Of a DNA stretch of 64,000 nucleotides, positions 1-10,669 are shown piece by piece (positions within the stretch are counted from its first letter, which is position 1; every line of letters starts with the position of its first letter). Source of the DNA: a virus. The stretch spans positions 1 through 64,000 of the IMG/VR virus record IMGVR_UViG_3300023174_006980; one strand, 5' to 3'. The notes under the pieces are model-generated. The model had not been told where the DNA came from. It made no database searches and was given only the letters and a program-made list of their open reading frames with translations. A program made the position numbers and the translations under genes.

Positions 1-480
1 GATCTTGGAAGGAGTAGTACATTGTTTAAGGGAAGGGTAAACGAGGATGTATATAAGAAAGAGACAAAAAGAACATGGATAGGAACTCAATATGGGGAGA
101 ATCAGCATAAGAATATACATCAAGCACAGATCCAAAACCCAATTAATAGATATGAAAATTTTAAAGTTTATTTAGAAACCCAAATGCATGCTTTTGTACC
201 GTGGATTTATAGGGGACAAACTGTTCCAACTAGAATAGTACATGCGGATCCTCAGCAAGCAAAAGCAGCAGCGGGTGAAGGAGTTGATAAACCACCGATT
301 GACAAAGAGGCTCATAAAATAGGTAGAAAGGTTGACAATAAGTTTTTATGCGGTACTTATATGATTATGGGATCTTATATAGAGTATATAGAAAGCAAAA
401 TAATACAAACTTTTGTTTTGGGTAAGAGAGAATGGTTAATAAATGATGGTAGAGGATCGGACCCTGAACCTGTAGTTTAA
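1..480 (+). CDS. C-terminal part of a probable baseplate hub/tail protein (5'-truncated by the window)
   Basis: Frame is open from base 1 (DLGRSSTL...) through the track's TTG at 22 to TAA at 480. It lies upstream of the gp5-like gene. The C-terminus (FLCGTYMI...QTFVLGKREW) is reminiscent of gp27-like hubs. Confidence 0.45.
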   Translation, partial: DLGRSSTLFKGRVNEDVYKKETKRTWIGTQYGENQHKNIHQAQIQNPINRYENFKVYLETQMHAFVPWIYRGQTVPTRIVHADPQQAKAAAGEGVDKPPIDKEAHKIGRKVDNKFLCGTYMIMGSYIEYIESKIIQTFVLGKREWLINDGRGSDPEPVV

Positions 481-491
481 AACAAAAAGAA

Positions 492-3400
492 ATGGCAGAT
501 TTTTTAAGTAACATCAAAAGCAATGCTTCTAGCGTAACAGATCAAAATCAGATTCTAAACAGGGGTGTAGACAAAGGAAGAACTATGTTCTTAAAGGGCC
601 TAACAACAACATCATCTGGGCAGAAAGAGGATCCAACATATCTTGGTTTTAGAATTATGTTTGATATGGGACATGAGGGATTGGTTGACCCTGAATCTTT
701 CCTACCGATTAGTCCTTTATTTTCTAAGGGTGCTACCTCCAATATTGCAGGAGGAATAAAGGGAATGAAAGTTTCTAACGGAGCTGCAGATTTTTTCCAT
801 GGGTCAAGACAACAGATCGATAAATATCCCAACTATACTGAAAATTTCCATTACATGACTGCTGAGTCATTTTTAAGAGAGAGGAGAAGTGCAATGGAAA
901 ATCAGGAGATAGAAGGAAGATTACAGAAAGATCAATTTGGAAGAGCAATACCTCTTGATACAGGAGCTAATGTAGGCGGGGGTATAGCACACAGAGCTGA
1001 TGCGTTAATTGCATTTAAAAATTTAATAGTTAGTATAAACGAAAAAAGTCCTTGGTTTATAAAAACAATTGATGGGCTAGATTCCATATTAAAGGTAACT
1101 ACACCCCGACAAATAGGTGGGGGTACAACATACAAAGAACAAAGATCCGGAATTCTGACATTTGACTGTTTAGATGCTATAGATTTAAGAATAAGTGCAA
1201 TGGCAGATCTTTATAGAAAAGCAACTTATGATTTTCAGTATCACAGGGACATGCTTCCGCATAACCTTAGAAAATTTAGAATGTGGATTATTGTCACGGA
1301 GATAAGACAGATAGATCTACAAAAAAATCTAGCGGATGTTTTAAATCCATTTAATATTTCTGGAGTGGGAAGCACCTTTGATAATTTAAAAAATATAGCG
1401 CAATCTTCAGGTATACTAAACGATAAGGCTGCGGAAAGTGGTAATAACCCAGGTGAAGAGCTAGGAAAATTTGTAAACTCTTTTGAAAAGCTTACTCCAT
1501 ACATCTTAATGTATCAATTGGATCTATGTGAGTTTAATTTTGATGAATCATATCCATTTACTAAATTAGATAACACTAAGAATGATATAGCGGTAGCTAA
1601 TAAATTTAAAGTGCATGTTGGAAACGTAAAGGAGTATAAAATGCAATATAATATTCTTTCTGACCTACTAAAGAATGAATCTACATTTGCACCTTTATTA
1701 ATACAGGATAGCTGGAATTTGAATGGATCTAAAATATCAACAACCCTTAAAATAGATAATAATACCGATCTTTTCACAAGACTAGCTAATAACTTTATCA
1801 ACAATTCTGTTGCCTCTGTTGTACAGCAACAGGTATCGCCGATAGTAACAAAAAAGCTTTTAGGAAATGCCTATGGATTTAATATCAGTGATGCTGTTAG
1901 ATCCCTAAATTCAGCCCAAGATCTAGTAAATGGTGTGAGAAATACAAAAGATCCTTTAGGTGATTACAGGCCTCAATCTAAAGGATTTGGTGGTCCAGGG
2001 CAAAGACAATATCCAACATTAAAAGAAGATGTCTATGCAACTGTACCAGAAAATCTAACATATGGATTGGGCAACCAATATCCATCAGGAACTCCAGCAC
2101 CTCCTGGAAGTGCAAATGATGTTTATGGAAATAATCCAGGTGTTGATTTAGGCTTACCTCAAAGACAATATCCAATCAATTCTGATGATCTTTATACAAG
2201 GGTTCCTGGAGTAGACTCTGGAGTTCCTGATAGAATTTATCCAACAAATGTTTCTAATTCTGATGTATACCCAACTAATCCAGGACAGGATTTAGCATTG
2301 CCACAAAGAACATATCCTGCTAATTCATATGATGAATATGTTGATAACCCTGGCGTTGACCTGGGTGTTCCGCAAAGGGTTTATGCTAGCAGCATAACCC
2401 CTAACCCTGATGAGTATCTTACAAATCCTGGACCTTCCTTGGGATTGCCTCAAAGACAATATCCATCTAATAATGCTGATGAGTACGCTACAGTTCCCGG
2501 TAATGATCTTGGTGTACCACAAAGAGTATATCGAATTAACATGGCACCAGTTTCTGATGAATATCCAACAAACCCTGGTGTTGATCTTGGAGTACCCCAA
2601 AGACAATATCCATATAATACAGGAGATGAATATGCTGATGTTCCAGGAAGAGATCTTGGTGTACCACAAAGAGTTTATCCAAGTGATTTTACTCCAGGAG
2701 CAGACAAGTATCCAACAAACCCAGGTGTTGATCTTGGAGTACCCCAAAGACAATATCCATATAATACAGGAGATGAATATGCTGATGTTCCAGGAAGAGA
2801 TCTAGGCGTTGCTGCAAGAGTTTATCCAAATGATTTTACTCCGGGAGCAGACAAGTATCCAACAAACCCTGGTGTTGATTTAGGACTTCCACAAAGGGAA
2901 TATCCATATAATACGGAAGATGAATACTCTGATGTTCCAGGAAAAGATTTAGGGGGTAATCAAAGAATCTATAAAGAACCTAGAGATCCTTCTGACGTTT
3001 ATCCTACTAATCCATCCGAAGCCCAATATCCAGAAAACGTTGTAGATGAATACAAGGATGTTCCAGGTAAAGATCTAGGAGGAATTAATAGAGTATATGA
3101 GGAACCAAAAAATCCTTCTGATGTCTATCCAAATAATCCAGAAACACCACAATATTCATCTAATGATTTTGATGAGTATAATGTGTCCACGGTTTATAAT
3201 GAAGTTAAAAATTTAGGTAATGCTTTAGTTCCTTCTATAAGAAAAGAGGAACCCGATAACGACAAGGACAAGTATAAACAAGTTCCAGGTAGGGATCTAG
3301 GTGCTCCTTTTAGGGAATATGTTACTAAATTACCAGAGAGTGAATCCGATGTATATACAGGAAAAAGAGATTTAGGATTGCCCGATAGAATATATTCTAA

Positions 3401-4187
3401 CACTCAAAATGACAATGATCAATATCCAGATAGTCCTGGACCTGATTTAGGTGTTCCTTCATTAAAATATGTTGTAACAGATAAGCCAATGGTTAGTGAT
3501 GCATCTTTAACTGAAATGAGCATTCCGCAAAGAAAATATAGAACTATAAGAGCAAATGTTTATAAGAAGGAAGAAAACGATTCAGAGGTAAAAAATGTTA
3601 CGTCTTATCCAAGTATAAGAGTGGATGAATATCCAACAGTTCCCGGAAAAGATTTAGGAGTTCCTAAGATAACATACAGTATGGATAATAAAGATACACC
3701 TATTATTGATGCATCATTAGAAGGTAAAATAAAGGATCTTAGCAAACCGCAAAGAATATATCCAACTGTAATACCGGGCGGAACTGATGTTTATCCAACT
3801 AATCCGCCTAATGAAAGAGTATATCCTGAAATTATAGTCAATAAAGATGCCTATAATAATGTACCAGGAAGTGATCTGTCAGCACCAGATAGAGTTTATA
3901 GAGGTGTTCATGATGATCAATATTCTAAAAATCCAGGAGAGGATTTAGGATTACCTGATAGAGTATATCAAGTCAATAATGATAATATGTATAGAAGCTT
4001 GCAATCAAATATAGCAGAGATTTATAAACCATCTTTGCATGATGATGTATACAATAACGAAAGACAAGAAAACGCAAAGCTTTACAAAGAGAGCCTAGCA
4101 AATTCTGATGAGTACCCAAGAGTTCCTACTACAGGAAATAACAATCCTGGAGTAAATGATAATATTTATAGAAGAGTATATAAATAA
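492..4187 (+). CDS. Virion/baseplate-associated protein, globular N-terminal half plus about 19 Pro/Gly/Asp/Tyr repeats
   Basis: 1231-aa ORF between the hub and gp5 genes, with repeated D[EV]Y..[NV]PG.DLG[VL]P.R.Y units. Confidence 0.6.
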   Translation: MADFLSNIKSNASSVTDQNQILNRGVDKGRTMFLKGLTTTSSGQKEDPTYLGFRIMFDMGHEGLVDPESFLPISPLFSKGATSNIAGGIKGMKVSNGAADFFHGSRQQIDKYPNYTENFHYMTAESFLRERRSAMENQEIEGRLQKDQFGRAIPLDTGANVGGGIAHRADALIAFKNLIVSINEKSPWFIKTIDGLDSILKVTTPRQIGGGTTYKEQRSGILTFDCLDAIDLRISAMADLYRKATYDFQYHRDMLPHNLRKFRMWIIVTEIRQIDLQKNLADVLNPFNISGVGSTFDNLKNIAQSSGILNDKAAESGNNPGEELGKFVNSFEKLTPYILMYQLDLCEFNFDESYPFTKLDNTKNDIAVANKFKVHVGNVKEYKMQYNILSDLLKNESTFAPLLIQDSWNLNGSKISTTLKIDNNTDLFTRLANNFINNSVASVVQQQVSPIVTKKLLGNAYGFNISDAVRSLNSAQDLVNGVRNTKDPLGDYRPQSKGFGGPGQRQYPTLKEDVYATVPENLTYGLGNQYPSGTPAPPGSANDVYGNNPGVDLGLPQRQYPINSDDLYTRVPGVDSGVPDRIYPTNVSNSDVYPTNPGQDLALPQRTYPANSYDEYVDNPGVDLGVPQRVYASSITPNPDEYLTNPGPSLGLPQRQYPSNNADEYATVPGNDLGVPQRVYRINMAPVSDEYPTNPGVDLGVPQRQYPYNTGDEYADVPGRDLGVPQRVYPSDFTPGADKYPTNPGVDLGVPQRQYPYNTGDEYADVPGRDLGVAARVYPNDFTPGADKYPTNPGVDLGLPQREYPYNTEDEYSDVPGKDLGGNQRIYKEPRDPSDVYPTNPSEAQYPENVVDEYKDVPGKDLGGINRVYEEPKNPSDVYPNNPETPQYSSNDFDEYNVSTVYNEVKNLGNALVPSIRKEEPDNDKDKYKQVPGRDLGAPFREYVTKLPESESDVYTGKRDLGLPDRIYSNTQNDNDQYPDSPGPDLGVPSLKYVVTDKPMVSDASLTEMSIPQRKYRTIRANVYKKEENDSEVKNVTSYPSIRVDEYPTVPGKDLGVPKITYSMDNKDTPIIDASLEGKIKDLSKPQRIYPTVIPGGTDVYPTNPPNERVYPEIIVNKDAYNNVPGSDLSAPDRVYRGVHDDQYSKNPGEDLGLPDRVYQVNNDNMYRSLQSNIAEIYKPSLHDDVYNNERQENAKLYKESLANSDEYPRVPTTGNNNPGVNDNIYRRVYK
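2562..2900 (+). repeat. Near-perfect 147-bp (49-aa) coding tandem repeat, about 2.3 copies
   Basis: tatccaacaaaccc recurs at 2562, 2709 and 2856 (period 147), with the intervening sequence nearly identical. Confidence 0.95.
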
Positions 4188-4189
4188 AG

Positions 4190-4960
4190 ATGAACAATTT
4201 ACAAGAATCTAATATAGAAAGAACCCAGCATTTTTTAGGAGTTATTGTGGATAACAAAGACCCTGAATTTAGAGCAAGATGTAGGGTTAAGGTTTTTGGA
4301 ATCTTTGATGATCTCAAGGATGATGAACTTCCTTGGGCATTTCAAAGATTTGATATTTCATTCGGAGATAACGGTGGTTCAGGTAGAGTTAGTATACCTA
4401 AAATAGGAGCCGTAGTGCACGTTCAATTTAATAATGGTAATTACTATGCACCCGAATATAAAGCTGTGCAGGAGCTCTCTAAAGACCTTATAGAAGAGAT
4501 TAAAGCATCTTATGAGGGAGCACACTCTTTAATATATGATGGTATAGAGAAATTAAAAATATATTACACAGTTGCAAAGGGATTAGTGATAGATTTGAAA
4601 GAATCAACTATAGTTATTTCTAATGATAACTCCATTACAATAACACATGCAGGCCAGCAATCAAGTCTTGAGTTTAGAGGCGGAAAAATAACAGAATATG
4701 CTAACTCCGAGATAGAAAGCACTGCCACAACAAGAATTAAACAAAGCAGTAACGAGGTCTGGATGGACGGTAAGCTTACAAAGCTTGGACATTCCCCTGT
4801 TTATTCTGCTGTTCTAGCAGAGCCCTTATGGCTGTTTCTAAAATCAATGGCTGCTGCTATAGATGCAAAGCTTCCATGTACACCAGGAACTATGACAAGC
4901 CTAGCAGAAAGCTATGAAAATTTATCAACATCAGAGGTTGTTAAAGTAACAAAATCTTAA
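4190..4960 (+). CDS. gp5: Baseplate central spike protein, gp5/gpV-like OB-fold, no lysozyme domain
   Basis: FLGVIVDNKDPEFRARCRVKVFG...LPWA...IPKIGAVVHVQFNNGNYYAPEY is the gp5 N-terminal OB signature, followed by a beta-strand-rich C-terminus. Confidence 0.85.
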   Translation: MNNLQESNIERTQHFLGVIVDNKDPEFRARCRVKVFGIFDDLKDDELPWAFQRFDISFGDNGGSGRVSIPKIGAVVHVQFNNGNYYAPEYKAVQELSKDLIEEIKASYEGAHSLIYDGIEKLKIYYTVAKGLVIDLKESTIVISNDNSITITHAGQQSSLEFRGGKITEYANSEIESTATTRIKQSSNEVWMDGKLTKLGHSPVYSAVLAEPLWLFLKSMAAAIDAKLPCTPGTMTSLAESYENLSTSEVVKVTKS

Positions 4961-4978
4961 CTTAAAAATAAACAAGTT

Positions 4979-7900
4979 TTGGATCTTCAAAAATTACAGG
5001 AAATAGGCGACAAACTAGCTAATGGTACAATAACACCAGAGGATGCTATGGCTCAGTTAAATAGCCAGGCAACAACATTACCAAGCGATGATGAAATACA
5101 AAATGTTGGAAAAGAATTAGAAAAATCATTAGAACCTGTTCCTCTATCATTAACTGATAATGAAATAAACGAAATACTTTGCCAATATGAAGGGGAAGAA
5201 TTAGCAAATAGAATTTTTTGGAAAATACTGGATAAAGAAGGATCCATTAGAAATATTAAGGATAGACCAGATTTCACAAAAAACTCAAAGTTTGACAAAT
5301 TTATAGGGAGCAAAGGATTGGAGCCTAGATTAAACAGAGCTAAAGAAATGATATCTGATAATCTTGATCTTGGTCTTCTTAATATAAAATTTAAAGGTGC
5401 AAATCTTAAAAAAAGAGATTTAAAAATCGGACCTTTTTCATTTGGTATAGAGGTCATAACCAATATGGGTACGCCTCTTTTCTATCATGTTGCAGCTCCT
5501 AAATTTACACTTGAACAGATACTAAATAAATTAAAGGGTAAAGCAAAAAAGCCAAAGCAATGTGTAAAAGATTTTAATAAGAAATATAATTCTAATTCTG
5601 CTATTGATGATCAAGACGTAATAAAAAGAATAGAAAAACTAGCAGAAAAGGAGAAGGCATTAAATACAGCATCAATGGGATCTTCTAGTACGCCATTTAA
5701 TATTTATGATATAGTTGATGATATTTTTTGCGAGCCTGATATTCCCATCAATCCTGAAACTGGAGAACCGCTTTTTACAAAAGAAGATTTATCAACATTT
5801 TTACAAGATATATGTAAACCTGATATCGAAACACCAGATCCAGAACCCACAATAGATCCGAAAGGAATTGACACACAGGAGGTAGCCGATGCAGTAAATC
5901 AATGTCTTATTCAAACAAAAATTATATTTAAAGATATTAGAGAAAAAAACGAATTAAAGTTAAGATACGAAAAAGCAGAAAAAGATCTTGAGGAGATGTT
6001 ATATCATTATAGAATTATAAAAAATTATTACAATTCTCTTTATGATTCTTATCTTAAAAAATTAGCTATAGGAGAAGCAATGGCTAAAAAATTAAATTAT
6101 AGTTTAGACCAAGTTATATCATCATATAGAAATTATTATTTCAATTTTGCCACTTCTGCCGTATGGGAAGGAGTATCAAAAGGAATGGTAGAGAATGTGA
6201 AGATGGAATCATCTAAAATAAATTATAATCCTGATTCACTTCACTTAACTATAAATGCAGTTTTAGGATCTAGAGAAGCAGCTATTGCTCTTGATGAAAT
6301 AAAAAAATTCTCATGTAGATTAAAAGAAACAACTGGCTATATTAGTCCTGTTAACTATAATAATACCACAGAAAAGCCAGCTGCATATTTTGGTATAAAA
6401 TTTATTCTTCAATATCCACATTCTCTAGGAAAACCCCTTGAATATGATCAAATAAATATAGATATTCCTAATAGCACTTTTTCTGATAAGTATCAGACGA
6501 TAAACATACCAAAATTAAGAATAGGTATGGAGTTTGGTACTAATGGAGTTCTTGGAGGTAAAAAAAATGACTTCTTAAAATCTTTTGATAATTATGTTAT
6601 TGAAAAAGATGAGGATCCTATTTTAAATACACCTTTTTACAATTTCATAAGACTTATAGAGGACACAACCCTTACTAAACAAGAAATAATAGATCGCATA
6701 GAAAGAGATCATGGATTTTTATATTCTACTCTTTACGAGCTTTCCTCTAATAGTTGGTTATTTTTTACCGCCGAGGAAAGAGGTGATAATGATGCTAGAT
6801 TAACAAAAAATCTTAAACCTAAATCATCTTCAAATGGTACACCTAATGATTCTTTTACTAATTTTTGGAGCAACTATAAATCTTCATGGAATAAGAAATA
6901 TATTTCACAAAAAGAACTTATTGAGGAAAGAATAGCAAGAATTAAAAAAGCAACTGACGTATTTACTGATAAACTCTCTGACTATTATTTTATAGTTAAT
7001 CCAAGCCCTATTAAGGATAATACAGCTCTTTTAAAATCTGCATCTGATGGAATAGACGAGAGAGTAAATCAAATACAAGATCTGCTCCTTTTTATAGGGG
7101 AGAAAGTAAAAGAAATAGATCAGCAGATTTCACCTGAGGCTATATCTACAAAGGGTAATGAAATAAAATGCGGAATAGACCCAAAGATTCAATCTCTAAC
7201 TGCTTCGTGTCCTTCCGAGTGCTGCGGACCATCAGGGCAAGCAATAGACACTATGGGATTTGGCGGTATGACAGATTCACCAGATTGTCCTAATATTTAC
7301 ACTGTTTGTTATTGGAAAGAATTTTGTAAAAAATTAAATATAGTGGGAACACTTCCTATACCTAACGGAATACCCCCTATAGAAAAACCAAGTGGTTTTT
7401 TACCAAATCTTGCTTTAAAATATTGGCCGGTTGGATATATTCCACCTGCAATTATACCTATACCCCCACCAGCAGTTAATCCATTAGATGGAATGCCTTT
7501 TGTTAGAATACCTATGCCTTTTAATTGGACTGTGATAGATCCTATTATAATTCCATTACCTATAGGATTGATAGTTATTTTTATACCATTTATAGGGGGA
7601 TTTATGCCTAGCCCCCTTATATTTTTTCATGATTTTTTAAGCGGTAATTCTATATTTCTAATGGGTATGAGAGGATTTAGATTTATACCTAGAAAATCGG
7701 ATCCTATCACTAAAGATCCAGGCGAGGACTTTAAAAAGATGCTTACCAAAGGTGTTCCCCATTTTTCTTTTCCTTTTCCTAATCTTGGCGGAGATAATGT
7801 AGATTCCGTTGAAAGAATGAAAAAGGATGTCACTGAGAATTTATTAAAACAATTATCAAACACAACTAAGAATGTTGATTTTAGTAAAATACAAAAATTG

Positions 7901-9523
7901 CAGGATGAGATAAGTAAAAATACAAAAGAAAAGAAAGACAAAATACTAGAGATTAAAAGAAGATCAGCATTAACAGGAGAAAGCACAAAAGATTTAGAGG
8001 CAGATCTTAAATCATATATTGATTCTAAAAAATCACAAAAAATACAAGTTGTTAAAGATGCAATTAAAGATTATATAAATAAAACTGTAAATCCGCCCGA
8101 TGTCTTATTTCCTAAACAATCAAAAAATCTTATAGCAGAAATTCCATCTCCTATAAAATTAGCTAAGAATGTTTCTGATAAAATAAAGATCGGAACAATA
8201 CCTAAGATCACTAAAATAAATCTTAAATCTAAGATTCTTAGTAAAATAAAAAGTATTGATATACCAGAAGATCCTGCTTTTATTGAAAAAAATAAAAGTC
8301 TTTCCCCTGATTCTAAAATAGTTGCATCCTTTGATGTTCCTATAAGTGATATAGGTAAGAATAAGGATCAGTTTGATAAACTAGCAGGATCTATAACAGG
8401 AACAATTGGAAATTTTTTAAATGGAGATGAATCACCTATAAAACCAAAAAATCTTTCCCTATTTAGTACTAAATTAAACGGAATACCTAAAACAGGAACA
8501 AAAATACCCATTCCAAGTTCTTTGGTGCCTTTAGATAATCCTATACTTACAAGTTTAAGCAATCATCTTTTAAATAATCTTTCTATATCGGGTAAGGATA
8601 TAACTACACTTGCTAAGAGAGCATCAATATCTGATAATAAAGTTTTAAGAGATAAGGATTTAAAACTGTTTGTTAAAAGTACATTAGATAAAGCTCTAAA
8701 AAGTTTTCCAGGCGATCTTAAAAATTTCTCTGTACCTAATATTGCAAATCCAGGAGATATTGCAAAAGATGCAGGAACTATGATAGGATCTATAGAACCT
8801 CCTCCATTCCCGCCTAAGAAAAGCGGGACAATAGCTATGCCTTTAGGACCTGGTGGCATACCACAAATACCCATTCCTGGAAAAGCTATAGGCAGTATTA
8901 TAATAGGTGCAGTTACATCTAAATTAAATTCATTGGATTTTAATAAGATATTACCTGGTGGATTAGATAACTTTGAAAATTTAACTGATGTAGATATTAA
9001 GAGAATCTCTTCAAATCTGGTAACAGACACATCTAAAAGTATAAGCATACCATTACTTAATAATGTTCCGCCTATACCTTTAAAGTCTAGACCTCAGGAT
9101 ATGATTGAATTCTCAATGCAATTCTTGCCAGTGCATCCTTATTCTGATATTGCTTTTACCCTCCTCTGGAACCTTATTAAGAGCCCTCCAAGGATTCCTA
9201 TATCTGGTGATGCTATGGAACAATATATTAAATTACAAAATATAATTTTTTCAAAATTACCTTGGCCGATTGTCGCTATGCTTGGAAGATGGGTAATCAA
9301 TATACTTAATCCTCTTTATAATAAAGAAGACCTACCTAGATGGGACAGAATGTCTCTAAACAATCCCTTTTTTGTTGTTTTTCTGGATGAGTTTTTAAGA
9401 TCTGCAGCTGATATTTCAGGTGGATTTAAATTCTTTGTTGGAGGACCTACAAAAGGTTTATTATATCCTTTGCCGGATCTTGAAATTTCTTTAGGATTTG
9501 GTACTAAAATAGGTACACAATAA
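4979..9523 (+). CDS. Large hypothetical virion protein (coiled coils, Cys cluster, Pro-rich hydrophobic blocks)
   Basis: 1514-aa ORF with TTG start, directly after gp5. No family recognised. Confidence 0.55.
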   Translation: MDLQKLQEIGDKLANGTITPEDAMAQLNSQATTLPSDDEIQNVGKELEKSLEPVPLSLTDNEINEILCQYEGEELANRIFWKILDKEGSIRNIKDRPDFTKNSKFDKFIGSKGLEPRLNRAKEMISDNLDLGLLNIKFKGANLKKRDLKIGPFSFGIEVITNMGTPLFYHVAAPKFTLEQILNKLKGKAKKPKQCVKDFNKKYNSNSAIDDQDVIKRIEKLAEKEKALNTASMGSSSTPFNIYDIVDDIFCEPDIPINPETGEPLFTKEDLSTFLQDICKPDIETPDPEPTIDPKGIDTQEVADAVNQCLIQTKIIFKDIREKNELKLRYEKAEKDLEEMLYHYRIIKNYYNSLYDSYLKKLAIGEAMAKKLNYSLDQVISSYRNYYFNFATSAVWEGVSKGMVENVKMESSKINYNPDSLHLTINAVLGSREAAIALDEIKKFSCRLKETTGYISPVNYNNTTEKPAAYFGIKFILQYPHSLGKPLEYDQINIDIPNSTFSDKYQTINIPKLRIGMEFGTNGVLGGKKNDFLKSFDNYVIEKDEDPILNTPFYNFIRLIEDTTLTKQEIIDRIERDHGFLYSTLYELSSNSWLFFTAEERGDNDARLTKNLKPKSSSNGTPNDSFTNFWSNYKSSWNKKYISQKELIEERIARIKKATDVFTDKLSDYYFIVNPSPIKDNTALLKSASDGIDERVNQIQDLLLFIGEKVKEIDQQISPEAISTKGNEIKCGIDPKIQSLTASCPSECCGPSGQAIDTMGFGGMTDSPDCPNIYTVCYWKEFCKKLNIVGTLPIPNGIPPIEKPSGFLPNLALKYWPVGYIPPAIIPIPPPAVNPLDGMPFVRIPMPFNWTVIDPIIIPLPIGLIVIFIPFIGGFMPSPLIFFHDFLSGNSIFLMGMRGFRFIPRKSDPITKDPGEDFKKMLTKGVPHFSFPFPNLGGDNVDSVERMKKDVTENLLKQLSNTTKNVDFSKIQKLQDEISKNTKEKKDKILEIKRRSALTGESTKDLEADLKSYIDSKKSQKIQVVKDAIKDYINKTVNPPDVLFPKQSKNLIAEIPSPIKLAKNVSDKIKIGTIPKITKINLKSKILSKIKSIDIPEDPAFIEKNKSLSPDSKIVASFDVPISDIGKNKDQFDKLAGSITGTIGNFLNGDESPIKPKNLSLFSTKLNGIPKTGTKIPIPSSLVPLDNPILTSLSNHLLNNLSISGKDITTLAKRASISDNKVLRDKDLKLFVKSTLDKALKSFPGDLKNFSVPNIANPGDIAKDAGTMIGSIEPPPFPPKKSGTIAMPLGPGGIPQIPIPGKAIGSIIIGAVTSKLNSLDFNKILPGGLDNFENLTDVDIKRISSNLVTDTSKSISIPLLNNVPPIPLKSRPQDMIEFSMQFLPVHPYSDIAFTLLWNLIKSPPRIPISGDAMEQYIKLQNIIFSKLPWPIVAMLGRWVINILNPLYNKEDLPRWDRMSLNNPFFVVFLDEFLRSAADISGGFKFFVGGPTKGLLYPLPDLEISLGFGTKIGTQ

Positions 9524-9541
9524 ATAATATAACAATAAAAA

Positions 9542-10669
9542 ATGGCTAAAACTACTAGGGAATACACAAGGGATGGGTACTCTCAAGAGGAGAGAGAATC
9601 CTTAGATAATCTTTACAATGGTTACTATCAAAGGAATTTCACAAACAAATCTATAGATTTTACAAGTAAAGAATTGGAAGAAAATCAGGTTCTAACTGTT
9701 AAGATTTCAAACATTAGCGGGGATCGTGCTATAGGTGAAACTCCTATAGGCCAATCTGTATCTATAGATCTTTTAAAAGAACAGAAGGCAATAAGTAAAT
9801 TAGGATTTCCACCACTTGAGATAGAAGAGGGAATTGAAATAGACGTTGTGATCTTCAAAGATAAATCTGGATCATATAATGGATCTCTTTCTGCGGGGTA
9901 TGAAAAAACATTAAAGAAAGAACTTCTTAAAGCTATAAAAGAAAACGATAGTGCATATTCATGCAGAATCGAATCAACATGTCCTGGTGGGTTTATGGTT
10001 AATCTTTCAGGAATTAAATGTTTCTTGCCTGGATCACTTGCAGCAGCAAATAGAATTATAGATTTCCAATCATTTATAGGTAAGACAGTTAATGTTATGG
10101 TTGAGACCTACGATGAAAAGAGAGATATTTTTGTGGTTTCCTTCAAGAAGTATCTTAAAAATATAATTAACAGCAAGGTTGAAGAGCTTTCTTTAACACA
10201 GATTTATACAGGAACTGTTACAGGAACTTCTCCTGCCGGTGTGTTTGTTGAGTGGAATGAATATTATACAGGATTAATTCCTGCCGAGGAATTTGAGGTA
10301 AGTGGTCAAAAAATGGGATTTGATCCGGGTAATTCTGTTTCATTCTATGTTTATGACTTTAGAAATCCAACAAGAATAGTTCTAAAATTAACTCCCCCTG
10401 AAGGAAAAGATAAGGACTTTCAAGAATTAAAAGATGTTTCTTTATCGGAAGCTAAGGAAAATAAAATATATAGTGGAACAGTGTCCAAGATTAAAAACTT
10501 TGGAGTTTTTGTAAAACTCGAAAATGGAATAGTCGGACTTGTAGAAAAGGACAATTTAGCTAAGAATACAAAAGATTATGTACTAGAAGATAAAATTTCA
10601 TGTACAATATTGGATGTAGAGCTACAAAGTTCTAAACTATATTTAAAAGAGAAAATTGAAAATACTTGA
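9542..10669 (+). CDS. Ribosomal protein bS1-like multi-S1-domain RNA-binding protein
   Basis: Tandem S1 repeats: GGFMVNLSGIKCFLPGS, YTGTVTGTSPAGVFVEW...GLIP and YSGTVSKIKNFGVFVKLENGIVGLV. The segment FIGKTVNVMV...IFVVSFKKYL is also S1-like. Confidence 0.85.
   Translation: MAKTTREYTRDGYSQEERESLDNLYNGYYQRNFTNKSIDFTSKELEENQVLTVKISNISGDRAIGETPIGQSVSIDLLKEQKAISKLGFPPLEIEEGIEIDVVIFKDKSGSYNGSLSAGYEKTLKKELLKAIKENDSAYSCRIESTCPGGFMVNLSGIKCFLPGSLAAANRIIDFQSFIGKTVNVMVETYDEKRDIFVVSFKKYLKNIINSKVEELSLTQIYTGTVTGTSPAGVFVEWNEYYTGLIPAEEFEVSGQKMGFDPGNSVSFYVYDFRNPTRIVLKLTPPEGKDKDFQELKDVSLSEAKENKIYSGTVSKIKNFGVFVKLENGIVGLVEKDNLAKNTKDYVLEDKISCTILDVELQSSKLYLKEKIENT

Noticed and set aside
2562-2900. CRISPR array
   Set aside because: The repeats are contiguous in-frame coding duplications with no unique spacers, and no cas genes are present.
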